64,000 nt of DNA, from positions 333,762-397,761 of the forward strand of contig NMRA01000249.1 in NCBI GenBank assembly GCA_002633005.1, written 5' to 3'. This stretch comes from Phoronis australis (Eukaryota > Animalia > Phoronida). A model generated the notes under the pieces. The model was not told the DNA's origin, searched no databases, and saw only the letters and a program-made list of their open reading frames with translations. A program made the position numbers and the translations under genes. Positions 13,821-27,134 of the stretch are shown piece after piece; position 1 is the stretch's first letter; each line of letters begins with the position of its first letter.

Positions 13821-15118
13821 CGCACCACCTTCATAAGTTAACACTCAGATAAGGCCTAGATTTTTAGTTAAGTGAGGTTGAGTGTAATATGAATTTGAAC
13901 GGTGAAAACTGAAATATCAGCATCTTAAATAAACCGGATACCGACTAAATATCCCGATTTCACTGACAAAATCACAACAAGTGTTGCTTTATTGCATTTT
14001 GCATTAGCCTCAGTTTCTACAATATCACATCAATAACAACTGGTTAAATCACTGGTAACCCAACAGATTGCACATTGTTCGTTCGAAGATGAAGTATTCC
14101 AGGACATCGCTGATTGTCAACTTCTCAATCTCCCTAATTTGACCATTTTGTAGCTCGGTTTACGGCAGCCAAGCGTGAAAGGAAACATTGATTCTGCTGT
14201 GGGGGCAGACATCCCGGTTCCTCCCAAAACTGCGTATTCACCTTCATCGCCGGTGGAGTTCTTGCGAGGTCTGATTTCTTGTTTTACTTTCTGAAAAATG
14301 ACAGGTAGTTTGTATCACTCTCGAATTATACCTTTCTTGCACAACTTTGCAGAGTCCAGCCTCTACAAAGTTGTGACTGCCTCTGAGTGATCCATTGATT
14401 TAAGCAGAGATAGTTTATTTGACCCATGGCGTGTAATACGTAAGACGACCCTAAGTACAGTACGTCCAGCCCAAAAAAATCACTGTGGGTATTTAATATA
14501 TTTTTGCCGGTTTGACTGGATTGCTTTGGACATATCATGTCCAGATGCTAAATGTTTACATAGTGGGACTCTTAAAACAAAACGACACACTATGAACTAC
14601 ATAATTCACTGGCAGTCAAGTGAAAAGAAATTGTGGCATGCAGGTTGTCAGTTAAGATTGGAATTTAGAATGCTATGAGTTCAGCATTCCTCACTATATG
14701 CATACATGTATGAAAACACACTTCCTGCAATGAACTAAAAAGAAGACGCACAACAGCAATACTGGTTATTCAAAAATGATAGTCAATAAGATATTGCATG
14801 TTCTGCTTGCAAAACGTGGCCACTAGATGCACATATTCTCGGACTAAACTTACAACTAACACCACACATTACTAGCAAGTGTACTGAATAGCTCTAGGAC
14901 AAGACAGGTATGCCATTTGACTTGGGAACTCAAGACTGTTCATCAGTTGTTTACAGTGATACAGGCATACAGATTTCACCAGTTGCACAAGAAAAAGCTC
15001 TGTCCCTATACTGTCCAAAAACAAATACATTTAATAATACATTCAGGATCACTCAGTTTGTGAATTTCCAGAAAAGAGAACCAGTTAATTCCTCTGTAGA
15101 GTATTAGAAGAATAGCTG

Positions 15119-16729
15119 CAGCCGATTTCATAAAGGTGGTTTAACAAAACAGGTTTAAGATTTTAACCTGGTCTTCCTAAACCTGGTGCAAATTTAAACC
15201 AAACATGCATTTCACCAATGTGGTTTAAAAGTCGAAAAGCCTTGTCTTGTTAGACCATAAAGCGGGTTAAAAGTAAAACTGAGTTTAAAATATCCAAGCC
15301 ACCCTACTGTGTTGATCCGGATTAACCCAACAAAGAAACTATTGAAGTGCTTCAATGAAACCTTGATCACGTGGGTACACAATGGCAAACAGCAGTAGAA
15401 TCAATGCAGACATTTGCGAAAAAGGGCTAAAAGATTTTCGCACGAGTAAAAATGCTCCCTCCCACAACTGGAGAGAGAAAAAGCCATCGTCACAGTAAGT
15501 AAGAGAATTGGTGCCAAATCAAGTCAACCTAAGCAGAAGGGTTGGCGAGATATTGCTCCAGAAACAAAATATCATCAGTAAAAAATTGGCTAGAAAAGCG
15601 GTTTTGGACCCAGTGGCAGATCTAACATATTATGAGGAGATATGTTTCATTTTGTGTTGTGTGTGTCCAACACACGTAGACACAATAAAGTACTTGCTCA
15701 CGATTAGGCGCAAGATAGTAAATGCACACATTTATTTCCTTGTCATTGCACTCCTTTTTTGCAATCAAAAGGCGGGGGGGGGCGACCCCTGCCCGGCAAC
15801 CTTAAATCGGGGACCGATTGAGATGGAACTCGTTCAGAAGAATCATTAGATGCCTTTTTCAGTCATAGGCGTAGCGNGCGGTTTTGGACCCAGTGGCAGA
15901 TCTAACATATTATGAGGAGATATGTTTCATTTTGTATTGTGAGTGTCCAACACACGTAGACACAATAAAGTACTTGCTCACGATTAGGCGCAAGATAGTA
16001 AATGCACACATTTATTTCCTTGTCATTGCACTCCTTTTTTGCAATCAAAAGGCGGGGGGGGGCGACCCCTGCCCGGCAACCTTAAATCGGGGACCGATTG
16101 AGATGGAACTCGTTCAGAAGAATCATTAGATGCCTTTTTCAGTCATAGGCGTAGCGCTCGCGACAATGGCGGTCTGCTTCACATTCTGAGGAATCCAAAT
16201 GACACCCTTCAGTACGTACTGGTCTACGTACATGTATAGGCGGATTCAAGGTTTCAAGTAGTCTGGACCCTTTTTCCATTGATTTTAGTCATATCAAACC
16301 TATAATTTTCAAACTGTTGACCCAAACACTCCTTTTAAAAAATCCTTGGTCCGACACCACCCCCTTTAGAAATTCTTCATCTCCCCGTTGATTTTGTGTG
16401 TTCATAAACTGAATACTGAAAATATTAACGCACACCACGGCATCATTCAGTTCAAGTCTGCCATATTTAAACATTATTAAACCTGGGACTGACCACGTCT
16501 GAAGTTAAACCTGGTTTACGATCTTACTACAGGTCTATGGACAACAGACCTCGTTGGTTTAATGAAAACTGACTTTAACCAGGTCCAAACTAGAGTTGAA
16601 CCAGGTTTTACTATACCACTGGTCTATAAGTTAAACCACCTTTATGAAATGCCGTTTATCTTTAAACATCAGTGGTCTAAGTCCAGTTTAAACCAGGTTT
16701 AAATTTAACCCACCATATGAAATCGGCTG
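15119..16729 (+). mobile_element. Non-autonomous PIF/Harbinger-like element, copy 1
   Basis: TIR CAGCCGATTTCATA / TATGAAATCGGCTG, 3-bp TSD CTG, subterminal AAACCWGGTTT repeats, decayed Myb/SANT-like start (LRKRAKRFSHE) near 15413. Confidence 0.8.
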
Positions 16730-19700
16730 CTGTTGTTTCTGGTGGTACTAACTGGCTCTCAAATAGGGTATCTATAAAACTGACTATTACAGCAAAAATT
16801 AAACCATCATGTGATAAATTCAAATTCAAACAAACTACGAAGAAAGGCTAATCACCAGATACAACGGGAAATTGTGTTCCAGTGGCAGTAGGTCGACTTC
16901 AGATATTTCAACCAGCATCCCCACTTCAGGCTTGGCACGCTGGGTGTTTGCAGTCTACATGGTTTCTATAGAATTCCACGAGGAGTCCGGTGTCTTGCCC
17001 TTGCCTTGGACAAAGTCACACACAGGTCCGGTGAAGATGCCTTTGTAAATTGTCCGATTATCTTCAAAATCAGTTGCCATTCACTTTGTACAGTAGGTGT
17101 TTGTGACTTCGTACTCACTTAATGCTGCACCGAGATTTCACGCGTGTGCAGAGGATATTCTTTTGAGGTCTCACACACTTCGTCACAATAGTTAAAGCTG
17201 CAAGTCGGATCGTAAGCCATTTTGCCACCACTAAGTTGCACCTATTGTCAGACACTGGTTTCACGAAAAACGCGGAATTTTTGTGAAATGGAAAAAATAA
17301 CTTAAATAATTGCAGCTCACTTAATGAGACTGAACTGAATATTAATAAAACAACTTTTGAATCAAAATTATGAAATTAACTGGTGTTGTAGTGTTCAAAA
17401 CGGGTAGCGGTATTGAACGTAATTTCCACTCAGTTGATTGTCACAAGCTTGAAATACCTATAGGAAAATGCTCTCCGCCACTAAGACAGAAACGTCTTCT
17501 GGAAAAGTCTGGTGTTGATCAGAGCTGAGCCAGATGAGATATACCTGCTCAAAATGTACGGAAATTGCAATTGTTTGTTAATTTCTGACCACTCTATTCT
17601 TAAGCCTGAAATTTTGAACTTAGCGGCAGAGTTAATTAGTGTTGTTTAACACCTTGATGAAGTCAAAGACTTGCTTTATTTAAAAATTGCCAGCAAATAA
17701 TTATCTTGTGCACCGGCAATTTTTATTATGCATTGCAAACAAGCAGAATCCACTGGATGGTTTACTCCCAAAATAGACACTCCCTATTTTCTTCCCCTTA
17801 AACAAGGTAAAATTAGATTAGACTTTATTGTTTTGTTGATTGCCTGCTGTGAACTGCGCTTCATTCTTAAGCTGTGTAATATCGGAAACTGGTGGTTCAC
17901 TTACATGCGATATTCTGTGTCGTTTAAATGTTTCAGGGGATTTTGGTATCTCTTTGTTTAAAGAACAAACACAAAAAATCCGACTGAAAAACCTTGTATG
18001 TTGAAATGGCCGTTCTAAAGAGTACAAGAACACTGATCAGGCGTACAATGTATTTGTAAATCTTGGCCATGGGAGTTCAAAAAAAAAACTACTGCCAGCG
18101 TCATCAAACGTGAACTAAAGATTTCCTAAAACCGACACTTTGGCGATTTTGCCAAACCGTAAGGCAAAAATTCATAGGGCTGGCTGGCCGCTACTTTTTT
18201 TTCTATCCTCTTTTTTTTTTTTTTTCCTTGATTCTCTGTCACAAGACTTGCAAGGCGACTTGAGATTTCGGCTAACTGCGTGAAGCAACAACCTCCTGAG
18301 TTTGATTAAGATTTCGCAGGAACTATCGTCGAAGAAATGGAAATTTAGTCGCGAACTTGGTTGTTCGAAATTTCATTGAAATTCTACGTCCAATCTATTC
18401 TAAAAAATGTAATGAGAGACAGTTTGAATTGTTTTATTATGGTTATCTGTTATTGTCGTGTATCTGTCACGTACAGGAACATCATAGCCTGGATTTAGTA
18501 CAATTTGATTCTGTTTTAATGTGTTCATGCAGTTTTGGGATATGTACATACAAACTTTGTTTCGGTAAATAAAGTTACTGTAAACGTGCTGTTTTTGTTT
18601 CTTTTCCTCCAGGATATTGTACGCCATCGTTTACTTCATATACTAGGCATTGATTTTCACTCAAACCAAAGTTTTCAACTACACTGTCATTTGAATCCAT
18701 CCCCAGTGACATAAATTCACATGGCTGCATCTGAACGTAACAGACATTTTGACGGCCAGTGCCCATAGTATAATGTCCGTTTAGTAGCTTTCCCATCGGC
18801 GTGACAAGAAATTCGTCACACTTTTCAATACAGAGGTTAGTCTCAGTGAATAGTTATTCCGCTTACTACTTTCTATGATTTTACCCCACCACCCAGTGCT
18901 TTTATTTTACGAGTAGAACGGAGTCTCATGTTCTTTTATTCCTCATCACTGAGAGAGAATTTTATGCGTATATGTATTGAGGGACCTCCATAATTGGGAT
19001 GCTTATTTATAAATGACTGTATCGAAAATAGTTTCTCAAAATCGTGTACTTTGAACAAGTAGTATTCATTTACACCCGTAAGAAACAGGAGGACCGCAGA
19101 ACACGAGACACGACCACCGATCCTCCGAGTCGGACTCACTCACCACATAATGGACCTGGAGGATCAAATGGAACTTTCAGGCTAACGAACTGGGCCGATA
19201 CCTTTAAAAAGATAACTGCCCCATCACAAAACAGAAATTTAAAATCTTAACGAACAAGTTTTAAATTTTGTTGAGTAAATTTAATTTAAAGTGATGCCAT
19301 TTATTAATATCTTAGTTGATTTTCAGGTTTGTTTTTTAATCACAATTTTATCACTCAATTGAGATGCCGGCTACTAGCACAGGGCAGGAAGAAAATTGCT
19401 TGAAATCTATCAAAAATGGAGCTTACGGTCTGGTTAACACTGAGAATCTAGGATTCCTAGAATACTACATATGTACGCTGGTACTTGTTCTCGTATGATT
19501 TTTGAGGTGGTGAAAGGGCAATGACCATGTTTTTGTTGGATTCTATAGACATTACAATGCTGCTGAACAGTTATATACACAACAAAATACGAATTAAAGG
19601 TTTTAGTTAGAAAATGGTTTTTGTGTTGCTGGTTTTTCAATATATTGTTATTGAAATTTAATTTGCTTAACTATGTGGGATATTCAGTATTATGTTAAAA

Positions 19701-19947
19701 AATAAAGAAAATTCGGTAAGACGGCAGCAGATTTCCCAATTCCTACGTGGGAATTTTTCCCCTATAACAATAAATTTGATTTTCCACCTAATTTAGTTCA
19801 CAAAAATGCAATTCACAAGTCCCTATGAGGAGGATGCTCGGAGCATTCACATTCCAACTCAGCTATCCCAGTTGGCAAAAATCGTTCCATAACCCACAAG
19901 TTGTAGGATGACGTATTTGACAGATGATACTAATGAGCTTCACGTAT

Positions 19948-19971
19948 ATGTGTGAGTGTGTGTGTGTGTGT

Positions 19972-20009
<38 letters not shown>

Positions 20010-20040
20010 ATGNNNTGTGTGTGTGTGTGTGTGTGTATGT
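19948..20040. repeat. (TG)n microsatellite spanning an nnn gap
   Basis: Directly visible. Confidence 0.95.
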
Positions 20041-21830
20041 ATGGGGACAACACGACACTACTCGCAAACCAAACAGCGCACGCGGTCCGCCATAGTGGTG
20101 ATGAAGGAAATGGAAACAAAACCACGCTGGCCTAATGGGAATTTTCAGAATAAAATTAGAAATTTTAAATACTAACGAGGTTTTTAAACATTGGTAACAT
20201 AAAGCAATGTAAATCTGTGACTCACGCATTGCTTAAACGGTCATATAACATGGACGGCGCAGCACTGAAAAAAGTGGAAGGCTAAAACCCGCCAGCCCCG
20301 CTGTGGTGCACCGCCTATATACCATCGGCGGTGCAGCACTGAAAAACGTGGGTTATAGCCCCCCCAGCCCCCTATGGTGTTCGGCCCATGTATAAGCCCT
20401 TGCACAGACAAAATTCCTGATGATTTGGCTGAAATTCTTACGGAATGTTGCAAGGGGCTGAGAGGTGCTGGCTCAGTCGAAAAGACAATCAATGGAATGG
20501 GGACATTTTATAATGTTTGAAAAACATTTCCTTTATACCACGAGGAAATATAAAGTCATTGATCTTTATTATCGTATACAATCTTCTTTCCACTTGTTTA
20601 TAAACCGACAAGACAATTATATTGAGTTTGTATTCAAAGTTAGAAGCAAAATGGAGATAATAATTTTGGATTCAATTTACAGCACAAATATTAGACACCA
20701 GGCTGTTTGGAAAACCAACATCTCACCTTTTAAAATAAGCGAGATCAATTTAAGCTGGCATCAGCTAACAAGGGGGAAGAAAGAACCTAAATAATGTCAG
20801 CACACATCACACAATGTTGGGAAAGGATAGCGACCCATTTCAGTTGGCGTTTTCTATTTGAAAGTTTGAACAATTAAATACTAACGCATAACCACATCAG
20901 TTTTAAAACAAATCCAAGACTAGAAATATATGCTATTTTCTTTGTCATAAATTCACCGTCTTTTGCAAAAATGAGCTTGCTCAGCTTCTGACTCACACAA
21001 CCAGTGTTGATTGATGCAGTGTGCAACATGATTCATTCTAATATCAATATAGCACTTGGCCACCAACAACTCAATAAAGTCAAAATAGTTATTGTCATTT
21101 CCATACTATGTTTTATTACCATTGTTCATAGAGGGAAATAGGTCGCTGTTTCCACACGCTCCTTCACACTATTACTTAGTTTCCACATAGAGCAGATTCA
21201 ATTGACAAAAAACATTCATGCCTCTTCTCAAGATCTTTTCGGAACGGATCAATAGGTGTATAATTCCAGGTGCTGGCACCATAAGTCTGCTGTTTTTCTT
21301 CAGCTTTAGCAAGTGATAAAACACTTCACTTGACTGGGGTTTTACCGGCAATCGCTGCATGAAACAACTGCAATGACTTTAAGAACAATAAAACCACACT
21401 ATTATCGATGCCACACCTTGGTAATAATAACGCTAATTTATGTTGAATGATGTTGAGAGCTCCTAGTCGTGATCGACCTGTCAACAATGACCCCTGAAAA
21501 AGCAATAAAACAAGGAATGCTCCAGGAAGGATAATTTTCATAAAAAGTATATGATACTGGTGAGAAACACCCAAGGCCGCAAAAAGAGCGGACCTAAAAC
21601 GTGACTTTTGATTTTGCTACTGCTTAGGCTCTGAATGTTTAACAGCTCTGTGCTCGTTCTGTTTCTTCAATATCAGGTAACAGAGTGTTAGCAGTGAAAG
21701 GAAGGACCATGTTTGTTCACTCAGTCACCGTTTCAATAAGCTAATCCGATAGAAAACTGTTTACCAGTTTACACATTGTGATGAATAGTAGCTCAAGGTA
21801 GTTTTGATTACAAATAATTTGAAATTGTAA
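20040..21830 (-). mobile_element. Decayed P-element/THAP9-like transposon: 3' terminus plus transposase C-terminal pseudogene (about 20960-21830)
   Basis: Minus-strand fragments in the expected order: NQNYLELLF (QDxLExxF), CGFIVLKV..VSCSDC (YxAGxV...CxxC), LKLKKNSRLMVPAPG....SEKILR (GLxxPS..E), YIDIRMNHVAH, SQKLSKLIF; 20040-20248 matches 55582-55805. Confidence 0.7.
20249..20390. mobile_element. MITE family M1, copy 2
   Basis: CATG..CATG termini, TSD TATAA; empty site in the homologous sequence at about 55793-55806. Confidence 0.88.
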
Positions 21831-22130
21831 CAGATGCCACGCCATAGAAAAATTCCAACACTCCTCTTAATGTACCTGTAGAAAAATCATCTGGCCAAAT
21901 CCGTATGGCTCACCCATTCCGGTCAATGTCCAATTCAGAAAAGTGCTAGGAGCGCAAAATACTTTTAGAACCTGACTGCCACCAAATGCCATCAGACTAG
22001 TGCTACAGCGCAACCGGAGTGCCACTGTCTCATAGGCTAAGTACAGGCGGTGGCACAGTCTAAAACTACATTGCACAAAAGAGGACGGCGTCTGTCGAAG
22101 GTGCAATAAGGCAAGGTCATTACAACAATA

Positions 22131-22218
22131 TAAAATTGCAAAATGTGCAAGGGTTGGAGGGGTCCAGAACACTAAAATTGCAAAATATGCAAGGGTTGGG
22201 GGGGGGGTCCGGAACACT
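22131..22218. repeat. Two-unit ~43-bp tandem repeat
   Basis: taaaattgcaaaat.tgcaagggttgg..ggggtcc.gaacac occurs twice. Confidence 0.85.
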
Positions 22219-25099
22219 GACTATGGCATAAACATAAACGGGGGCACGCTAACTTGTAAAATGTGAATTAAATTCAAAGGACTTGTAGGAGATGGGCAGG
22301 CTGAACTGCAAACCTTACGCTTACAGCATGAAAAAGCGTGCCCTGTTTACCCCCAGAGTATTCAGTCCTCGTCACATTACTGGCGCCGTCAATATCATGG
22401 GCCTGGCCGATCGTGCTTGAGGAGACGTTCGTAAACTAAGAACGTGTGTTTAAGGTACGATTTTCAAAGTAAAAAAAATCTCCGTAATTAAAGCAAACGA
22501 CCAATATGATGGTTTTTAAATTTGAAAAGTAAGTAGTAACCGTCTTTGAAATTTTAAAATCAATTTATAAGAAGACAAAATCCCAAGTGCTTGTGTTCAG
22601 CATCTTGGCTAAGCGACGAGCATTAATTTGCCAATCAAGCAGAACAACTTAATCTCAATCTGGCATAGGCTCACTTAAGCGTTGAGGTAACAAAACCCTA
22701 AGTACTAGCGTAGGCGTAGCCTTATGGATGATTGGTTCACGTGATTTTGACAGGTGCCGTATCCATTTTACGACCTTCACGGTCGCAGGAGGACGCCATG
22801 TGCACATAGCAGAAAATAACATGGTGTTTTAAGCACGTTTATGATTGTCAGGGTCGAAAAACGCATTTTGGGAATATTTTTAGAAGAGAATTAGCTTTTT
22901 TCTCGGACTATGGAACAAAAACGTATTCGCTGTCTCTTCTGTGTTTGTATTGCGCACGGTCAATTTTTGCTGATTTTTGGGGATATTCCCCAAAATTAAA
23001 CCAGGTGAGATTACCAGTTAAGTAGAAGTAAATTATTTAAATTCTCTTTTGGGATTGAGCTTTGCTGTCAGTGCAATTGTTTTCAACTAAGACGATTTCA
23101 GAGATTTTAGCAAGTTGTGTAATCACAAAAATACAATCGATTTCCCAGTGTTATAGCTCTGGTCATTTCTGACAACATTCAAGGTGTCTATCGCATGCAG
23201 CAACAGATGTGATTTTCTATCCTAAAACTAAGTGTGCCCTTTAAACTATAGCAACGTCCTCCGTCTTTACTTGGGGCACAAAGAAATCGATTTCATATAC
23301 ATTTATTGTAGAATCGCCCATAAATCACATGCAGCACATTACCGGAGGCAAAATCTTGCATCTGCCTGCTCCCGTTTAAAAGACGTGTTCATTTAACATC
23401 CCAAAAATAACCAAACGCACTCATAGACACTGGTTTCATTAAACATTATTAATCATCAGTTGCAGTCGATTGCACTTTCGTAAAGTACAGGGATAGCTCG
23501 AGGAGCTGCTTTTTGCGTGACGTATTTTGACTTTTCATTAGCGTTGTTATTGTTCTGAGCAGATGTTGACATCCCAGGTGACATGGCCAATAGTAATAGC
23601 CAAAACAGAGGCACAAAACAATTTATTTTTTTTCATTAACCTCTTGACGCTATTTGAATTAATTTTCAGTGAAGGTCTAAAGGCCTCGAAGTGATTAAAT
23701 ATACCATAAAGACGTGACATCTAATCAGCCTTTTCTGAAGCAATCATAACATGTCTAGTAAAATATCTCTCGTCCATTTTTCTACGCACTTGAATTGGCT
23801 CACTAAATTTTATTTATATAGCAAAAAGGCTTCACAATTTTGTACAAAGAAACCTACAAAATGCCACCTATATCATCAGCATACGCACATTCCCTTTTTA
23901 GTGAGTACAGTGACCCCTGCCCCGTATTAAAGGAACAACTTTTCGTTGTGGTTATTGTCGGATACTGTGGGCTTCTTGAAGTTATTGGCTGTGACAAGAC
24001 ATTAACCCGTATAGAATAACAAATTTAGTGCGTGTTTCTTTGACTTCATTACAAATCGCCATTTCTCACCGCTGCTTGCCAGCAATTCGCGGTTAACAAG
24101 AACAATGGTTTAGTTAAAACGCCCTTATAATACTCTGATACTTGTTCAGTGAGGACGAGTTCCGTCAGCAAAACGTTGAACTGAACAGCACTAAGATTTT
24201 TAGCCCGCTCCTTGGTTTGTGACCTAATGGCTCAAAAACATATATTTCCGACCAAGTGAAGGTAATGTCACTTTAAGTCACAATGTATTTAAAGATTTCC
24301 CCTCCAAATTTAAGATATTGGTTGAAGCGAGAATATTTTACAAGAATATTCCGTTTCCTTATCAGCACCAATCTAAACTGTCATCGTCCCCTTAAGTTTT
24401 CCAACTTTCGGCATCGCAAACAGACCAAACATGCCAAATGATGTCGTATGGAATTTGTAAGCAATTGTTTAACTTGCAAGATCCATGCGTAAGCGATAAA
24501 TACTTACCGTTATCTTTATTATAAGATTAAAAACAAAAACTATGTAACATGCATGGTTGGGTACACACGTTTACTAATAATAAGTCATATAAAGGTCTTA
24601 TTTAAACACTATCAGTAAACACCTACGGCAAGTCGTGCTTTGGAATTGTGAGTGTAAACTCAAGAAGTTTTATTAGCCACTTGTATGGAATCACCTGGTG
24701 CTGGAAAGCAAAGTTCTGCAGCCCTCCTGAAAATATTTTTATTTTGATATTGGTAAGTTCAACAAGAAGGAAATATTGGGATGCAAGAAACGATCCTATC
24801 GTATATCGTGCATTCGAACAGAATGGGCTTAATAGGCCTTAGTGGTCTCGATTTCGTGTTCCCCATTTATTGGTCAGTCACGTGTGAAGTGGAAACAGAA
24901 ATATCCATCATATAGTTCAAGCATTCACCATTCCGCTCAGGTCTGCAAGTGTAGGGGAGACTAGCACATGCTAAAACCAACATCGATCAAATGCTATTTG
25001 CCAGATTGTCAAACGTGTTTACTTACAGTGTGTCATTCCCAACACAATCATGAGAGTTGCCGCAATCCCACATTTCTTCCAGAGTACAACGAGAAACAG

Positions 25100-25312
25100 A
25101 CGTACTTGTACTCATTAGTGAGCCTCCCAGGTGGGCCCATTGCATGGATCATCTTGAACCATTTCCATAGGTTATCACCACAGTATACACTGTAGCTAAA
25201 ACCGAGCTGACGAACTAGAGACCTGCCTCAAGTGTCTAACCGTGTGCCACAGTGGAACTCGAAGCCACGACCTCGAAACGAACGCTTATCCCACCAGGTC
25301 ACACCTGGAGCC
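25100..25312 (-). mobile_element. Possible decayed tRNA-derived SINE
   Basis: Minus strand reads TGACCTGGTGGGATAAGCG...GTGGCTTCGAGTTCC (A-box/B-box-like), followed by a SINE-body-like sequence. Confidence 0.35.
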
Positions 25313-26146
25313 ATCTGTGGTCAATTCTGGAGCCATGCTTTCTTTAAAAATCCAGTTAATGGCACGCTGCTAAGTGTACACGCAATCCACCCCACGGCTG
25401 GTATTCATATTGTTAGTCAGTCATTGTTTAATAGCAAAATTTCGTTTGTGCGATTTATGTCAAGTTATTTAGGCCTACTATCACCCAGCATCAGCCGAAT
25501 AGACCCAGATCCCAAGGGCAAAAGCTAGTTTTATAACCAACCATAAGTTTAATTATTTATCCTGCAATATGTAAACGTTCTGTACATACATGTAAATTCG
25601 TTATCAAGAGGTGCGTTGTTGTCATTGCTCTCAATTTTATTAGAAATCTCCATTTTATTGTCACGTCTCCAAAGCACGTAAGGTAAAAATGGGCTCGCTA
25701 CTCTCCACTTGAAGCCGCGGACATGTGTACATGTATTTATGAATCTCGTTCTGTAATTCGAGTGTCTAATTTAATGCAAGCACTCACTAATCACTATTGA
25801 CAACCATTTCGCTGGGATGGGCCACTAAGCTCATGTGTATACATGATGTACGTGCAAAGCATTTGCTTTTAGCAAGCGTGAATCTGAAAGGACTTTAAAT
25901 TAGATCTTTATTTGCAGGAAACATGGTCCTCGCAACAGGTGCTATGTAGCCATTGGGTTTCTATGCCATATGATGAGAACAATATGAAAGTCTTCACATG
26001 TGATGAATGCATGACCAGACGGACTAGCGCAAAACCGATTCTTGCATAATTAATTCATGAAAAGGAATATTAATTTTCGAAGCCAAAAGGCACAATCATC
26101 GTCATGTTTATCGTTATGTTTGTACCGACGTGGACAAGTCTTTGTG

Positions 26147-26154
26147 TATATAAG
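26147..26154 (+). promoter_or_regulatory. Candidate TATA box of gene B
   Basis: TATATAAG about 85 nt upstream of the signal-peptide ATG at 26232. Confidence 0.5.
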
Positions 26155-26231
26155 GCTGCCCATTTTGAGTGCCCAACATTTGATTTACTTCACTTCAAAC
26201 AACGTACTGGAACCTCCAGAAGAGAAAATAA

Positions 26232-26261
26232 ATGGACACTCTGCTGAGCTTGTGCATTCTG
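26232..26261 (+). CDS. Gene B exon 1, start of signal peptide (MDTLLSLCIL)
   Basis: aaATGg context and CTG|gtatgt donor in phase 0; joins exon 2 to give MDTLLSLCILGIVFGVSA-GTEF, a hydrophobic leader with a V-S-A cleavage-type site. Confidence 0.75.
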
Positions 26262-26790
26262 GTATGTATTAGTTATGTTCGTCATTTGTCCTGTATACTG
26301 GAAAAAAACATAATTACATACATGTAGATTTACATCTCGTTGAGTCAGCTGGGAAGCCTAAAACGTAGAAAATAATGCTAATGTTCCAAAAACATGAAAC
26401 AAAACGACATTCCAAATTGATAGAGGGTTTCTTAGCTATGGTGGTTTATAGTAAGGTGACATTTATTTAACAGACATTGACGAAATACAACTTTAAGTGT
26501 CAAAGCAATGGTTACAAATTGTATGGTAAATGATATGCTGTTGTAGTCTTGTGTAGCTTGAGCCAGTAATATAGACAGTAAAGGGCACAGCTTACATGTA
26601 TGTAAACTTAATTATTGGTACATGCCCTTCCTGAAATATGATGTTCCTAAGTCAGACTAATGCTGACACACTTCGGGGGTCTACGGAATATTAACAGCAG
26701 ACTGTTCTGTGATAAAACATGTAAAGAATGAACATAGCATCAAGGCACACATGTGTCGAGTAGTGAAGATCTTGGTTTTCTTGACTTCAG

Positions 26791-26975
26791 GGTATTGTGT
26801 TTGGTGTTTCGGCGGGAACAGAGTTTCCAAGTCTAGCAGCCACGGCAGTTTACGATGGAAACCACAGGGAGGGTCCCCTGCTTTACTATGACGGCATCAA
26901 CACTTTCAATGCAGAAGTCAACTTTTCCATCACAAACACACTTCCAAAATCGGCTAAGCTCACCTTAACATGCAG
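26791..26975 (+). CDS. Gene B exon 2, end of signal peptide and start of unrecognised N-terminal domain
   Basis: gacttcag acceptor; open frame GIVFGVSAGTEFPSLAATAVYDG...KLTLTC; AG|gtaaat phase-2 donor matches the next exon. Confidence 0.8.
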
Positions 26976-27043
26976 GTAAATTAACTTCAACTCATACACA
27001 TGTGAACAGATTATAAACTACATTTATCCCATTTTATTTATAT

Positions 27044-27134
27044 ATGTATATGTGTGTGTGTGTGTTTGTGTGTGTATATGTACACGTTCATGTATATGTA
27101 TATGTACATTTATTTGCATACGTGCATATGTATA
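27044..27134. repeat. TG/TA low-complexity microsatellite in gene B intron 2
   Basis: Directly visible. Confidence 0.85.

Noticed and set aside
15598-16156. 279-bp tandem duplication and twin ORFs 15508/15884
   Set aside because: Junction is at n 15877; likely assembly artefact inside a Harbinger-like element
19924-20229. His/Thr- or Cys/Val-rich ORFs
   Set aside because: Translations of a (TG)n microsatellite
24141-24192. Penelope-type hammerhead-like motif (gtgagga...aaaacgtt)
   Set aside because: The catalytic core CUGANGA/GAAA is not intact
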